A model generated the notes under the pieces. It was not told where the DNA came from. It was given only the letters and a program-made list of their open reading frames with translations, and did no database searches. Positions 26,182 through 35,131 of a stretch of 51,943 nt of DNA are shown in pieces (positions within the stretch are counted from its first letter, which is position 1; the number at the start of each line of letters is the position of its first letter). The translations under genes were made by a program, and so were the position numbers. The DNA comes from an uncultured Nitrososphaerales archaeon (GTDB taxonomy: Archaea; Thermoproteota; Nitrososphaeria; Conexivisphaerales; DTJL01). The stretch is taken from positions 1 through 51,943 of the forward strand of contig CAYYVT010000102.1 of NCBI GenBank assembly GCA_964475215.1, written 5' to 3'.

Positions 26182-27186
26182 ATGCCGAGGGGTGATGGCA
26201 TCCTGAGCATGGGGCTGACGGCTGGAGTAGACATCGGTGCCACTAGGCTGAGGGTCTGCCTTGGCGGCGATGATGGTAGGATCGTCGCCAGGACATCTGA
26301 ACCTAGCAGCCGAGAGGGTTCCGGTAGGGCCCTCTCGGCGCAGATCGAGCACTGCATCAGGCGTCTGTTGGCGGAGCGCGGCGCCTCGACCGTCCGCCGG
26401 GTGGGCATCGCCACCGTTGGCCCTCTTGATAGGAGAGGCGGAATAGCAAATCCCGCGAACCTGCCCAAGGTGGGGTTCGTGCCTCTCGTCAAGCCCATCC
26501 TCAAGGCCTTCGGAGGGCAAGTGGTGCTGATCAATGACTGCTCTGCTGCCGCCGTCGCCGAGAGGGAGGCCGGCAGGGGGAAGGGATTCGACAGCCTTGT
26601 CTACCTTACCCTCAGCACCGGCATTGGCGCCGGGGTCTTCGTGGACGGCCACCTACTTGTGGGGAAGGACGGCAACGCCCATGAAATCGGCCATCTTGTC
26701 ATAGATAAGGAAGGCGGGCTCGTATGCGGCTGCGGCAAGCGAGGCCACTGGGAAGCCTATTGTTCAGGAAGGAACATCCCCCACCTGGCTGCCATCGTCC
26801 TCAGGGGGGAGGAGGCCCGGCGCGTCGAGGCCCTCACCGCGGCCGAGATATTCAGGCAGGCAAAGGTTGGCGATGAGTCATGCGCCAAGGTCATCATCGA
26901 AGTCGGACGCCTTAATGCCATCGGCTGCGCCGGAGTAGTCGACGCCTACGATCCGGAGCTCCTGGTGTTGGGTGGGTCCGTGGCCCTTCACAACGCGGAG
27001 GAGGTGCTGGCGCCCATAAGAGAGGGGATCAGGAGCTTCGCCCGGAACAACGCCCCCATCGTAGCCCTGACAGACCTGGGGGAGGACGCCGTCCTGATAG
27101 GCGCCATGCTCGTCGCTCTCCACCCAAGGGCGTATCCAGGGCTAAGGCCGTGGACCTTTGGGGGCAAACGAGGCTCTGTACCGTAG
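26182..27186 (+). CDS. ROK family sugar kinase (glucokinase-like)
   Basis: 334 aa; start could be the ATG at 26209. It has GVDIGATRLRV, LINDCSAAAVAE, GIGAGVFVDG and the ROK zinc motif HEIGHLVID...CGCGKRGHWEAYCSG. Confidence 0.85.
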   Translation: MPRGDGILSMGLTAGVDIGATRLRVCLGGDDGRIVARTSEPSSREGSGRALSAQIEHCIRRLLAERGASTVRRVGIATVGPLDRRGGIANPANLPKVGFVPLVKPILKAFGGQVVLINDCSAAAVAEREAGRGKGFDSLVYLTLSTGIGAGVFVDGHLLVGKDGNAHEIGHLVIDKEGGLVCGCGKRGHWEAYCSGRNIPHLAAIVLRGEEARRVEALTAAEIFRQAKVGDESCAKVIIEVGRLNAIGCAGVVDAYDPELLVLGGSVALHNAEEVLAPIREGIRSFARNNAPIVALTDLGEDAVLIGAMLVALHPRAYPGLRPWTFGGKRGSVP

Positions 27187-27199
27187 GGTCGGCAGCCAA

Positions 27200-27952
27200 T
27201 CAGCGGAGGTCCTGAAGGCCCCTCCTGTCCTTAATGAGCCCCAAAACCATGTCGACGTAGGAGGTCAGGGCACGGCGGAAATCAGCCTCGCCCCAGTCAG
27301 CCCTCGCAGTTTCAAGGAAGGACTCCACCCTATCGAACTGTTCCTTCCCGGATTCCCCGTAGAATGAAAGGAACCTGCCGTTCTTGGCCTCCATGTCCTC
27401 CATCCCCGACATAAGACCCCGCCGGCGAAGAGATGCCAGGGCGAAGGCGTTCCTGACAAGCAGGGTAGCGTCCAAAATGGGGTCGCCCGTCGGCCTTTCG
27501 GAGACCCAGTCCGCGAAGAACCTCTGGGCCTGCTTGCGCTCTCTCCCTGACATTGAAGCGAAGACGATATCATCGACGATTATGTTCTGGAGATGGCTGA
27601 AGGCGTCCACGAGTGCAGCAGACTCCCTTTCGTTAAGGCCCTCTCGCTCAGCGACCTCCCCAATGACTTCATCGACGATTCTGGACGTATGAGAGGCGGA
27701 ACCTTTCTCTGTGTGGTAGACGTGAGCGAGTTCGTGAAGGAGGAGGCCTCCCAGCATCTCCGAATCGAGCGCCCACTCGGCGATTACTATCGTGTGGTTG
27801 CCGTCCTCGTTGTTGGCATACCCCATTATCTTCAGATCGGGGTCCACCTCCACGGTCACCTTGGAGTCAATCGGGTAGCCGGCATTGCGCATCCTTTCGA
27901 TGGCCCACTGCAGGGTCCCGGACAACGAACCGTCCTCAGGTTCTTCTCCCAA
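27200..27952 (-). CDS. Hypothetical HExxH-motif protein (putative zinc metallopeptidase)
   Basis: 250 aa. GGLLLHELAHVYH is the only motif I recognise. The remainder looks helical. Confidence 0.5.
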   Translation of the reverse strand: MGEEPEDGSLSGTLQWAIERMRNAGYPIDSKVTVEVDPDLKIMGYANNEDGNHTIVIAEWALDSEMLGGLLLHELAHVYHTEKGSASHTSRIVDEVIGEVAEREGLNERESAALVDAFSHLQNIIVDDIVFASMSGRERKQAQRFFADWVSERPTGDPILDATLLVRNAFALASLRRRGLMSGMEDMEAKNGRFLSFYGESGKEQFDRVESFLETARADWGEADFRRALTSYVDMVLGLIKDRRGLQDLR

Positions 27953-28057
27953 GGGTCAGTCCACGCTGGGCCAGCGCAACGGGCCATCAGATAAACAAGA
28001 CTCCGCTAATGCGCTCCGCTGGTTTCGAGAGAAACGGAAGGGGAAGCGGAAGGCGGA

Positions 28058-28336
28058 TCAGAGCTGCTCGATGCTCTTGAGATAGCCCGATTGTCTCCTT
28101 TGCCGGTCCTCTTCTTTGGTCGGAAGGGACCACAACTTGATTTCGTCCTTGGATTCCACAGGGACATATTGTGATGAATACGCCGTGGTGCCGACTCTGT
28201 CAAGCGTTACAGGATAGGCGAGGACCTTCCTCCCATACCTGCCGGTTGTTGCTTCCGAAATCGGTTTGCCATACCTCCTGCCGAGCCTCTCTATCTGAAG
28301 CTCTCCCTCTCCTAAATCTGCGCCACCTTCAGGCAT
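28058..28336 (-). CDS. Hypothetical protein
   Basis: 92 aa. A strong SD-like GGAGGTGGAGGA lies immediately upstream of the ATG at 28336. No motif recognised. Confidence 0.4.
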   Translation of the reverse strand: MPEGGADLGEGELQIERLGRRYGKPISEATTGRYGRKVLAYPVTLDRVGTTAYSSQYVPVESKDEIKLWSLPTKEEDRQRRQSGYLKSIEQL

Positions 28337-28444
28337 TCCTCCACCTCCCCTCGATTCCCCGGCTCGGAGGAAGGGTATAACGAGAAGCGTCCATATTTCC
28401 TAGGTTTCTGGCTAGTGGCTCTAGCCTCCTCCGTGGGTTAATGG

Positions 28445-28846
28445 CTAGTGTGTTACGCCGAGCAGGTCCAAGAACCGCATGAAGTCTGCCTCGCTAACCC
28501 AGTCGACCCGAAGGTACTCGACTAGGGCCTTGCCCTTGTAGCCAATCCTTCGGGCCTCCTTAAGGGTGGCCCTGTAGGCTTCGATTTCGGTAGGGCGGTC
28601 CACGTATTCGTATCTCCTGTCGAAGAGCTCCTTGCCTTCTTGGAACTGCCTGACGTGGACCAGCTCATGGATGACGTCCAGGTAGAGGTACCTTTCGTCA
28701 GCGACCTCAAGATAGGGCTTGCTTACCCACAGGTCCCCGGTCTCACCATCGACGTGCATGTAACCTTGCCTCGAGGCAAGAACTACCTTCGTCTTGGACA
28801 GGATCGAGGGGGTGGGTTCTCCAAAGATCGCCCTTACCGCAGCCAC
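28445..28846 (-). CDS. Hypothetical small HExxH-motif protein (putative minimal gluzincin-like metallopeptidase)
   Basis: 133 aa. The segment DVIHELVHVRQFQEGKELFDRRYEYVDRPTEIEAY has HExxH plus Glu residues 16-25 positions downstream. Confidence 0.5.
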   Translation of the reverse strand: MAAVRAIFGEPTPSILSKTKVVLASRQGYMHVDGETGDLWVSKPYLEVADERYLYLDVIHELVHVRQFQEGKELFDRRYEYVDRPTEIEAYRATLKEARRIGYKGKALVEYLRVDWVSEADFMRFLDLLGVTH

Positions 28847-28939
28847 TTTATCAAAGCCCTGGAATACATCGGTGAATCTGTAGGCTCCAAGCTGCAGGTC
28901 TCTCCTTATTGCGACTCCCAGATTCAGGAACTGCTCACC

Positions 28940-29695
28940 CTACCTTTCTGGAAGCATGACCAGCTTTCGGTACACGGTTTCGAAGCCGCGTGAGGAATAG
29001 AACCCAGCCAGGTCGTCGCTGGCGAAGGTCTGCAACACGAGCCTGAGGTTCTGCTTCTCCGCACCCCTGATGGCGTAGGCCAGCATCTGGCCCGCGACGC
29101 CCGATCTCCGGTGAAGCGGAATCGTGCCGACACAGTATGCGCCCAGGAGACCTCCCTGTCGGAAGAGCGCCAGCTGCCCCAATACCTCCTCTCCGCGCCG
29201 TGCGACTAGCAGGGAGGCATCTTTGTCTTTCGCAGCATTTGCGGCGGCGGACTCGATGGCGGAGACGGGGGCGTCGCCGTCGTAAAATGATGCGACGTAA
29301 CTCTTGACCCATGCGCTAACGTCGGCGTTGGCTTCAGCCATCTTGACGGATGTCTCCGGGTATTCCAAGGCCCGCTTGGCTACCATTACCTCCAACATGT
29401 CCTTGGAGGAGAATCCCGACGACATCAGGGCTGATTTCGCGCCTTCGTAGCGCCGATCGTCGATGACAAAGAACGAAGGAGGCACGCCTACGTCCCTGAA
29501 CAGCTTAACGGCCCTGTCGATGGCCTCAACGGAGTTTCTCTTATCGCCGACGATGGTGGCGTGGTTGAACAGGGGCTCCTGGAATACGGGGGACGTAATG
29601 ATGTATGAGGTTTCATCGAGCATGAGGACCTTGGCCCAGTGCGACCACCAGCGGAGCTCGTTTAGCTCCTGCTCCTTCACGGCTACCCTAGTCAA
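28940..29695 (-). CDS. GNAT family N-acetyltransferase (two-lobed, about 250 aa)
   Basis: 251 aa. The C-terminal HRRSGVAGQMLAYAI...FYSSRGFE is a GNAT motif A/B region. There is an 8-nt overlap with the cysS stop. Confidence 0.7.
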   Translation of the reverse strand: MTRVAVKEQELNELRWWSHWAKVLMLDETSYIITSPVFQEPLFNHATIVGDKRNSVEAIDRAVKLFRDVGVPPSFFVIDDRRYEGAKSALMSSGFSSKDMLEVMVAKRALEYPETSVKMAEANADVSAWVKSYVASFYDGDAPVSAIESAAANAAKDKDASLLVARRGEEVLGQLALFRQGGLLGAYCVGTIPLHRRSGVAGQMLAYAIRGAEKQNLRLVLQTFASDDLAGFYSSRGFETVYRKLVMLPER

Positions 29696-30887
29696 GGAGG
29701 CTCACGCCCAGGATGGAGGAGGCCTTTGTGATGGAGGCGGAGTACTCGCTCGTTCTCTTGGCATCGGCCTCCGATGCGCCCTCGTCTACCAGCTTTGTAA
29801 GCTCGACAATGGCCCGGGGTGTGTCGAAGTCGTCGTTCATGGCGTCGAGGAAGGGCTGCAATAGGGAATTGCCTGCCTCGGTTTGAAGTGACGAGCCCTC
29901 CTTCAGCTTGCTCGCGCGCTCCTTGATCCTCCAATATTCGGCGTCAACCTGTCTCAGCCGCGATTCGTCGTACTCGGTGTCCTTTCTGTAGTGGGACATG
30001 AGAAAATACAACCTCAGCTGGCTCGGGCCGAAACGGGATAGAGCCTCTCTCACGGTTACCATGTTGCCCTCGGACTTGGACATCTTCTTTCTGGAGATGG
30101 TCAGGAGCCCTGTGTGCATCCAGAACCTGACATAGGGCTTCTTCCCGGTCAGGGACTCGGCCTCTGCGATTAGGGATTCATGGTGAGGGTAGATGAGCTC
30201 ACGGGCGCCTCCATGTATATCGTACTGAGGGCCCAGCTCCGAGATGGCGACCGCCGTGTCCTGAATGTGCCACCCGGGGACTCCGCTCCCCCAGGGGCTC
30301 TTCCAGCGCTGGGTGGCGGAAGAGGACGCCCTCCACAGCGCGAAGTCGGTGAGATGTCTCTTCTTCGGGGTGATCTCCACAGGCCTCAGGGTGAGCTCCT
30401 CGGTGGAGATGTGCGAGAGCTGGCCGAAGCCGGGGACGGTCATGGTGTCCATGAACACGTCGCCGTCGACGACGTAGGCATGCCCGTTTCCCACCAGCCC
30501 TTGGGCCTCCTCTATCATCTTGGGGATGTAGTTCGAGACCTTGGGGTACTTCGTGACGCTCCGTATGCCGAGCTTGGCGGCGTCCTGCAGGAAGTTGTCA
30601 GCAAACCGCTGGGCAAATTCCGCAGGCGAGATCTTCTCGGCTTGGGCACCTTTGACGATGCTCTCGTCGATGTCCGTCATGTTCATGAGGTAGGTTACCT
30701 GGTATCCGAGGTAGGAGAGATAGCGGGCGACGGTGTCGAAGATTATCCCGGTCCGGGCGTGGCCCACATGCATGAGGTTCTGCACCGTCGGGCCACAGAC
30801 CACCATCTTGACCCTGCCCTTTGAGACGGTTTCGAAGGGTTCGGCCTTACCTCTAAGCGTGTCATAGATTCTCAGTTCAGAGGGCAT
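29688..30887 (-). CDS. cysS: Cysteine--tRNA ligase-like class I aminoacyl-tRNA synthetase (short, atypical zinc-site motifs)
   Basis: I call the ATG at 30887 (MPSELRIYDTLRGKAEPF), 399 aa. It has CGPTVQNLMHVGHART (HIGH-type), SPWGSGVPGWHIQDT, DIHGGARELIYPHHES and KMSKS. The 80-aa upstream extension of track ORF 29688..31127 looks non-coding. Confidence 0.8.
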   Translation of the reverse strand: MPSELRIYDTLRGKAEPFETVSKGRVKMVVCGPTVQNLMHVGHARTGIIFDTVARYLSYLGYQVTYLMNMTDIDESIVKGAQAEKISPAEFAQRFADNFLQDAAKLGIRSVTKYPKVSNYIPKMIEEAQGLVGNGHAYVVDGDVFMDTMTVPGFGQLSHISTEELTLRPVEITPKKRHLTDFALWRASSSATQRWKSPWGSGVPGWHIQDTAVAISELGPQYDIHGGARELIYPHHESLIAEAESLTGKKPYVRFWMHTGLLTISRKKMSKSEGNMVTVREALSRFGPSQLRLYFLMSHYRKDTEYDESRLRQVDAEYWRIKERASKLKEGSSLQTEAGNSLLQPFLDAMNDDFDTPRAIVELTKLVDEGASEADAKRTSEYSASITKASSILGVSLLD

Positions 30888-31175
30888 GCGCTGGAACGAC
30901 GCCTCAGGCGAAGGTGGGCGCCGGGGGAGGTTAAAAGCATGCCCCACTCTCGGTTGGGGGAAGGGACGACAGGTTATTCCTCCCGCAGAAATCTCGGCGC
31001 TCCACATGAAAACGAACCCCGTCGCGATGGGCGTGACCGACCCCGGCGAAAACTGGATTGAACTGTGCATGTAACAGGGGCAGCAGGGACGGCGGCGATG
31101 GCGACCGAGAGCGGGTACCGTCGTCACATCGAAGCTGGAACAGATATAGGGGTCCTCATTGGACGGTAGACTGGC

Positions 31176-31469
31176 TTGGTCTACGAGAAGCGACTGAATA
31201 CCAAGGCCGAACTCGGCGAGGAGCTGCGGACTTTGGATTTCGATGCGGGGATTCGGGTGTTGGGAACCTATGAAGGAGTGCCCTGTTTCATCTTCATCAC
31301 CAAGGCCGGGGAGAGTTTCATCGCGGCAGTGTACGCGAGGAAGAGGAGCGCGTCCGGCTCAGAGGTGCCAGAGAGGAGGCTGATGCTGAAGGACTATAAG
31401 GAGATCGGATCGCTCATGGGGTTCGTGGAAGAAAGGGCTACGGAACCCCTCGAAGCGTATTCCTACTAG
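31176..31469 (+). CDS. Hypothetical protein
   Basis: 97 aa with TTG start. No motif recognised. Confidence 0.35.
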   Translation: MVYEKRLNTKAELGEELRTLDFDAGIRVLGTYEGVPCFIFITKAGESFIAAVYARKRSASGSEVPERRLMLKDYKEIGSLMGFVEERATEPLEAYSY

Positions 31470-31509
31470 ACCGCGAACGCTTATTAGCTCAGGAGGCATC
31501 GTCGGAGCT

Positions 31510-32025
31510 ATGCCTTTCTGTCCTTCGTGTGGCAAGGAGGTCGACGAAAGCGTCCTGTTTTGTCCCAGCTGCGGACACAGCATAAACCCGATATCACAGG
31601 CGACTTCCCCCCAGCCTCCCGCCACAACAGCTCCCATGGTAGGGGCAGGCGAGAAGAAGCATCGGCCCCTGGGAGTCACCATAATAGCGGTCCTCGACGC
31701 GATCGCGGGCCTGCTCCTCCTTCTTCGAGGAGGAGCCTATTTCGGCATCCGTTCGATGATAGGCTCTGCCGGAGGGCCGCTGGGGTCGTATCGGGGGTTG
31801 GTCACAGGCCTGGGCCTATTGTTCGTGTTGGTCGGCCTGGTCACCATCTTCCTGGCGTGGGGGCTGTGGTCAGGCTTTGGGTGGGCTTGGACCGCCGCGT
31901 TGATCCTCGCGGTCCTTGGCCTGGTCCTTCATCTGTTGTCGTTCAACCTCATCGGCCTGATCATAAACGTCGTAGTGCTCGTCTACCTTCTGGTGCCGAA
32001 CGTCAGGGCCTACTTCGGACACTGA
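31510..32025 (+). CDS. Zinc-ribbon domain membrane protein
   Basis: 171 aa. N-terminal CPSCG...CPSCG zinc ribbon, a Pro-rich linker, then 4 hydrophobic helices. Confidence 0.55.
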   Translation: MPFCPSCGKEVDESVLFCPSCGHSINPISQATSPQPPATTAPMVGAGEKKHRPLGVTIIAVLDAIAGLLLLLRGGAYFGIRSMIGSAGGPLGSYRGLVTGLGLLFVLVGLVTIFLAWGLWSGFGWAWTAALILAVLGLVLHLLSFNLIGLIINVVVLVYLLVPNVRAYFGH

Positions 32026-32139
32026 GTCGCCGGTTCCAAGGGCCTCAAAGGCTTCTCCGCGAGGACATCTTCTTCAGCCGAGCCGCTGGCTGGCGGACAC
32101 CGTTAAAGGGCGCCCTGTCCGAACCCATGAGGACCGTGC

Positions 32140-32706
32140 TTGGTGATAGCTGGGAAGACGGTCTACCTGAGAGGGCTTGAGCGAGAGGATCTGAAGCTGA
32201 TGCACAAGTGGTTGAACGATAGCGAGATCATGCAGTGGGCCCGGTCCCAGCCCGACAACGTCGCGTCGATGGAGGCGGTGGAGAAGGAATTCGAGCTCGA
32301 CCTCAAGGGCGAGAACCCACATAGGAGGACCTTCATCCTTGCGGAGGCGGGCACCGACAGACCAATCGGGTGGGCATCCATGCGCTGGTGGAGGCCGTTC
32401 AGCACGACCACCGACATCGGCCTCGTGATCGCGGACAGGGACATGAGGGGGAAGGGGATCGGGACGGAGGCCACCATGCTTCTGACCAGCGAAGCCTTCG
32501 ATCAGCTTCACATGCACAAGGTGGAGCTTTGGACCAGGGCCGACAACATGGCAGCCCAGAAGGTTGCCCGCAACTGCGGATTCCAGCTGGAGGGGACGGA
32601 TAGAGAGGCGACCTTCTTCAACGGTGCCTTCCATGACGGCCTTTCCTTCGGGGTCCTGGAGGACGAGTTCCACGGGGCCATGGCCAAGGGCGCTTCAAAT
32701 GAGTAA
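32140..32706 (+). CDS. GNAT family N-acetyltransferase (RimJ/RimL-like)
   Basis: 188 aa with GTG start. VYLRGLEREDL... and DRDMRGKGIGTEATMLL form the acetyl-CoA-binding motif. Confidence 0.8.
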   Translation: MVIAGKTVYLRGLEREDLKLMHKWLNDSEIMQWARSQPDNVASMEAVEKEFELDLKGENPHRRTFILAEAGTDRPIGWASMRWWRPFSTTTDIGLVIADRDMRGKGIGTEATMLLTSEAFDQLHMHKVELWTRADNMAAQKVARNCGFQLEGTDREATFFNGAFHDGLSFGVLEDEFHGAMAKGASNE

Positions 32707-32811
32707 AGCCCCGCCGCTCGGAGAAGAGCCGGGGGCTAGGCGCCGGCCCGATTCGGTGGGCAATCACAAAAGGCTAATGTAACACCGCCTCGCGCGCATG
32801 GCACGTGAGAC

Positions 32812-33180
32812 GTGTTGGTGCAGAACTGCCCTGAATGCGGCAAGGCCGGTGCGACCACCGAATGTCAGTATATGGAGTTCCCTGTGGGCGTCCATCACTA
32901 TTTCGAGGAGAAGGTCTGCACCTTTCACTTCTGGCTCCTCTACGTCAGACCCAAGAGGAGTTGGGAGGAGTTCCTAAAGTTGGAGAGAGCCCACAGCGAG
33001 TCCGCCGGTTACATCCTGACCTTCCCGTCGGACGAGCTGATCAAGGCCGTTCTTGCCGGGGGTGCCCTTCAAAAGGTGGAAGCCCCCGGTCCGCAACCGC
33101 CAGCAAGTCCTGAAGCAAAGCCCGCCTCGGCCGGCGAGGCTTCGGCTGGCGCGCCGACTCAGCAGCCCACCTCCGCCTAG
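32812..33180 (+). CDS. Hypothetical protein with N-terminal CPEC half-ribbon and Pro/Ala-rich tail
   Basis: 122 aa with GTG start. The C-terminus is low complexity. No family recognised. Confidence 0.4.
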   Translation: MLVQNCPECGKAGATTECQYMEFPVGVHHYFEEKVCTFHFWLLYVRPKRSWEEFLKLERAHSESAGYILTFPSDELIKAVLAGGALQKVEAPGPQPPASPEAKPASAGEASAGAPTQQPTSA

Positions 33181-33201
33181 GGCCCGTCAGAAAGAACCGG
33201 G

Positions 33202-33687
33202 CTAAAGTTTCGGCCGGATGTCTTCCTTTATCGTCCTGACGGTCACCGTCGAATTGACGTCCTCTATCCCCGGAATCTTCGAGATGACGCTTCCAACGTT
33301 GTGAAGGTCGAGGTTGTCCCTGACCTTGACCTTGGCCAATATGTCGAACGGTCCGGCGATCTCATGCACCTCCAGGACCTCCGGGAGTGAGGCGATCTGA
33401 TCGGCGACCTGGCAGCAGTCCCCGATGGTGCTGACCTTAATCTGAAGGAAGGCGATGGTGTTCAACCCAAGCTTCTGAGTGTCAAGCATGGGGACGACGC
33501 TGGTTATGATCCCCTCCTTTCGGAGCCTCTTGACCCTGTCGAAGACCGTTGACGGTGGCAGTCCAGTCAGGTCGCCCAGCTCCTTGTACGGCAACGAAGC
33601 ATCCTTCATGTAGCCTCGCAGGACGTCCTTGTCGACCTCATCCACCTCGTAGGCGCCGGTCAACTCAGCATGCTTCAAGATTGCCAA
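33202..33687 (-). CDS. Lrp/AsnC family transcriptional regulator
   Basis: 161 aa. HTH (DKDVLRGYMKDASLPYKELGDLTGLPPSTVFDRVKRLRKEG) plus a RAM domain. Confidence 0.85.
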   Translation of the reverse strand: MAILKHAELTGAYEVDEVDKDVLRGYMKDASLPYKELGDLTGLPPSTVFDRVKRLRKEGIITSVVPMLDTQKLGLNTIAFLQIKVSTIGDCCQVADQIASLPEVLEVHEIAGPFDILAKVKVRDNLDLHNVGSVISKIPGIEDVNSTVTVRTIKEDIRPKL

Positions 33688-33875
33688 TGCGGTTCACAAT
33701 CGAATAGCAAGGCTTCCGTCGGACTATATTTGCCTTTTCAATCATGCTACGGATGCAATGCGAAAAGGACGCCGCCAAACACCATATGGCCCTATCTTCT
33801 GGATGACATCCGGAAAAATGTCAGTTTTGCATATAAGATTCGGTGTTATCCCCCGTTGGCGAAGGTAGTTCGAAA

Positions 33876-34112
33876 ATGGCAGAAAGCATGGATGTAGGTT
33901 CCCTCTTGCGGCACCTCGCCAGCGGTTTCGGCGCGGGCAAGCAGGACCTTGAGATGAACGTCAAGCCTAGCCCCAAGGCCGAGCTGGCAAAGGTCCATGA
34001 CGAAGCGGTTGGGTTCGTCGCGGTGACCCTGGCCTTGATGGCCAGCGAGGCGGCCGCCGAACAGCAGTATCTGGGCCGCAAAGAAGCCATCTCTCACATC
34101 AGACCCATCTAG
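33876..34112 (+). CDS. Hypothetical small protein (weak call)
   Basis: The ATG at 33876 lies about 45 nt downstream of a CATATAAG box (about 33827-33834); 78 aa. Overlapping antisense ORFs of similar length make the coding status uncertain. Confidence 0.25.
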   Translation: MAESMDVGSLLRHLASGFGAGKQDLEMNVKPSPKAELAKVHDEAVGFVAVTLALMASEAAAEQQYLGRKEAISHIRPI

Positions 34113-34560
34113 GCCTGGCCGAGACGGCGACCGAAGCATCGGGTAGGGCCAACCGAAGGGCCCTGGACCTGCGTTCCGCCGTGGCAAAGTAGACCAGATG
34201 AGATCCGCAGCGGCAGTCAGACGAGCCGAACCCATCGGTCCAGCCGTCCGAGCTCCTCTTCAACGCATTGGCCACTTCACACTCCGAACGATGGCGCCAA
34301 GCATCGACTCCTGTGACCGCATTCTTCGGGTTCGTAGTCAGGTAGTCGACGTGCCATCTGATCTTCTTGCTTTGAGCCAAGTGCCTTGCGACCCGCTGGC
34401 GCAAGTTCTTCCGGGCTGACCCGACATAGAGGTAGAAGCCCGGTTTGAACGTTACATCGCCCAGAGAGCCCACCGTCGCTCGGTATGCCTCAGAACGGGA
34501 AATCGTGATGGCGTATGTGCCGCTTTGAGGGAGCGCCCCTAGGATCTCATTGAGCGTCAT
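34099..34560 (-). CDS. GIY-YIG superfamily DUF123 domain protein
   Basis: 153 aa. GFYLYVGSARKNLRQRVARHL...KIRWHVDYL matches the DUF123 pattern (YvGSA...R..RH....WHIDYL). Confidence 0.75.
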   Translation of the reverse strand: MTLNEILGALPQSGTYAITISRSEAYRATVGSLGDVTFKPGFYLYVGSARKNLRQRVARHLAQSKKIRWHVDYLTTNPKNAVTGVDAWRHRSECEVANALKRSSDGWTDGFGSSDCRCGSHLVYFATAERRSRALRLALPDASVAVSARPRWV

Positions 34561-34692
34561 GAGGCATCATCAAGTGGCAGAAGCCATGAGGCTTGCCGGG
34601 TGGAGAGAAATAGAAACGAAGCCAAAGTTGTCCCCCTATGAGGCCCGCGAAGCTTTGAGGGCGTGGGGGGCCAATGAGAGCTTCTCGAAAGC

Positions 34693-35007
34693 TCAACCTA
34701 GCGTCTTCTTTATATCTGCCTGGATGTCCGCGTCGGTCTTTCCATCGGTGGGCACGCCGAGCTCGCTGGCAGCCTTCAGGAGCTTCGCATGCGGATCCTC
34801 GGCCGGCTGACTGGCGGGGGCGTTGGCCGAAGCCTTCAGTTTCTGGACCTCTATCTCGGCCTCAACCTTGCCCTTCTGGAACTCGCCGGACGCGCGACCT
34901 AGGGACTTCGCGAGGTCAGGGATCTTGTTGGCCCCGAATATGAGGATGACCACTATGACGACGACGATAATGAGCTGGTCGCCCTCTAACAGCATTGGTA
35001 GGAGCAT
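34693..35007 (-). CDS. tatA: Twin-arginine translocase TatA/TatE family protein
   Basis: 104 aa. A TM helix followed by FGANKIPDLAKSLGRASGEFQKG is the TatA hinge and amphipathic-helix signature. Confidence 0.8.
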   Translation of the reverse strand: MLLPMLLEGDQLIIVVVIVVILIFGANKIPDLAKSLGRASGEFQKGKVEAEIEVQKLKASANAPASQPAEDPHAKLLKAASELGVPTDGKTDADIQADIKKTLG

Positions 35008-35131
35008 CTTCTCAACCGAAGCCGGAAAGGTGTGCTAATATTTACAGGTTTAGCTCCAAAATGCTTCAGGAGGTTCAAGAATTGAAATCCGTGACGGATA
35101 CCTTGACGATCCCGTTTGGGCCTCCCCGGGC

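Noticed and set aside
30888-31127. 80-aa N-terminal extension of the cysS ORF in the track (start at 31127)
   Set aside because: The CysRS homology begins at MPSELRIYDTLRG (ATG 30887). The extension is Cys/Pro/Arg-rich with no similarity to aaRS N-termini.
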